The notes beneath the pieces are model-generated. The model had not been told where the DNA came from and made no database searches. It saw only the letters and a list, made by a program, of their open reading frames with translations. Made by a program: the position numbers and the translations under genes. Below, piece after piece: positions 63,171 to 64,000 of a stretch of DNA of 64,000 bases. This DNA is from an uncultured Methanosarcinaceae archaeon. GTDB lineage: Archaea > Halobacteriota > Methanosarcinia > Methanosarcinales > Methanosarcinaceae. The stretch is from NCBI GenBank assembly GCA_963733675.1, contig CAVTET010000003.1:288001-352000 (forward strand), read 5' to 3'. The number at the start of each line of letters is the position of its first letter. Position 1 is the first letter of the stretch.

Positions 63171-64000
63171 TTACATGAATAGGCTTAGTATCCTGAATGC
63201 GATACCACCTATCATGATCGCTGTGCCGATTTCCGCTATCGTTACAGCAGTTGCTTTTTTCCACCCGAACTCCGATGCCAAGGCCAATATATTGGCTAGG
63301 CATGGGACGTAAATCATGCTGATCAGCGCCAAGACTATTAATTGTACCGGAGTCATGATCGAGCCAAAGTTTGTGGTATGAAAAATTACAGCCAACGTCA
63401 ATAGGGTCATTTCTTTCCTAACGATTCCGAATATCAACAATATACCAGATACTGCTGGTAATCCAAGCCACCAGACCGTTAGCGGCATTAGCGCATTATT
63501 AATTGGAGTTAGTACTCCCAATGCATATAATGCTTGCACTGCTGCGCTGCCGATTATGTAAGCTGGGAATACGATCATGATCAATGATTTGGTGCGTGCC
63601 CACGTCTGTTTGAGTATAACGTTGAAAGAGGGTACGTGATAATCTGCCATCTCTATGATAAGACCAACGGATTCTCCAGGCATTACCTTGAACGCTATGC
63701 GACCTACCACGATAATGAGTAGTATATCAAATACATATAGAGCCAGACCCCACCAAATACTTACGAATGTAGCTACCAATCCTAGGATAACGACAGTCCT
63801 TGCCGTACAGGGTATTAGTGTGACCAAGTATGCCAAGAGTGTTTTTTGCTTCGGAGTTTCCATTATCCTACAAGAGTAAACTGCTGGCACATTGCACCCA
63901 TACCCTAGGATGAGTGGAATGACTGCCTTGCCATGCAACCCGAGTTTGTGCATACCGCGATCTAGCATGAATGATATCCTAGTCAAGTATCCAGAATCCT
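63171..64000 (-). CDS. feoB: Ferrous iron transporter FeoB, C-terminal part (5' end outside the window)
   Basis: DSGYLTR, GLHGKAVIPLILGYGCNVPA, IPCTAR, VRKE and IYVPCLA motifs. Confidence 0.93.
   Translation of the reverse strand, partial: DSGYLTRISFMLDRGMHKLGLHGKAVIPLILGYGCNVPAVYSCRIMETPKQKTLLAYLVTLIPCTARTVVILGLVATFVSIWWGLALYVFDILLIIVVGRIAFKVMPGESVGLIIEMADYHVPSFNVILKQTWARTKSLIMIVFPAYIIGSAAVQALYALGVLTPINNALMPLTVWWLGLPAVSGILLIFGIVRKEMTLLTLAVIFHTTNFGSIMTPVQLIVLALISMIYVPCLANILALASEFGWKKATAVTIAEIGTAIMIGGIAFRILSLFM

Noticed and set aside
201-63879. Many short ORFs antisense to or overlapping the called genes (e.g. 5550-5963, 26366-26695, 55459-55884, 63040-63303)
   Set aside because: Shadow ORFs of real genes or of IS ends, with no independent evidence.

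Overview
AT-rich archaeal DNA, very likely Methanosarcina, judged from gene content, BRE/TATA promoters and rare use of TAG as a terminal stop. Housekeeping genes are intact: cobQ, RIO2 kinase, endonuclease IV, deoxyhypusine synthase, asnB, pdaD and the 3' part of feoB. Among them lies a dispersed set of phosphate/polyphosphate genes: pstS; pstB-phoU-pstC-pstA; a CYTH-HD-like-CHAD fusion; a PhoU/DUF47-like gene paired with a PPDK N-terminal-like gene; and a HAD hydrolase. Many accessory genes are decaying through frameshifts or nonsense codons. Mobile DNA is mostly IS200/IS605: two tnpA-only elements, a 52-bp minimal derivative, a decayed divergent tnpA/tnpB element, solo ends, and an orphan TnpB that is catalytically intact but carries two large insertions. 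There is also a DDE transposase relic and a ~90-bp MITE-like family. The strongest unexplained signal is a four-copy non-coding cassette (33.3, 37.1, 37.5 and 49.4 kb). It has a fixed upstream palindrome-BRE-TATA layout followed by stem-loops whose stems covary between copies, making it a candidate structured sRNA or leader-RNA family. Also notable are a Cache-domain pentameric ligand-gated ion channel homologue and several in-frame amber codons. No CRISPR array, rRNA or tRNA was seen. All calls come from reading the sequence by eye; no database searches were run.
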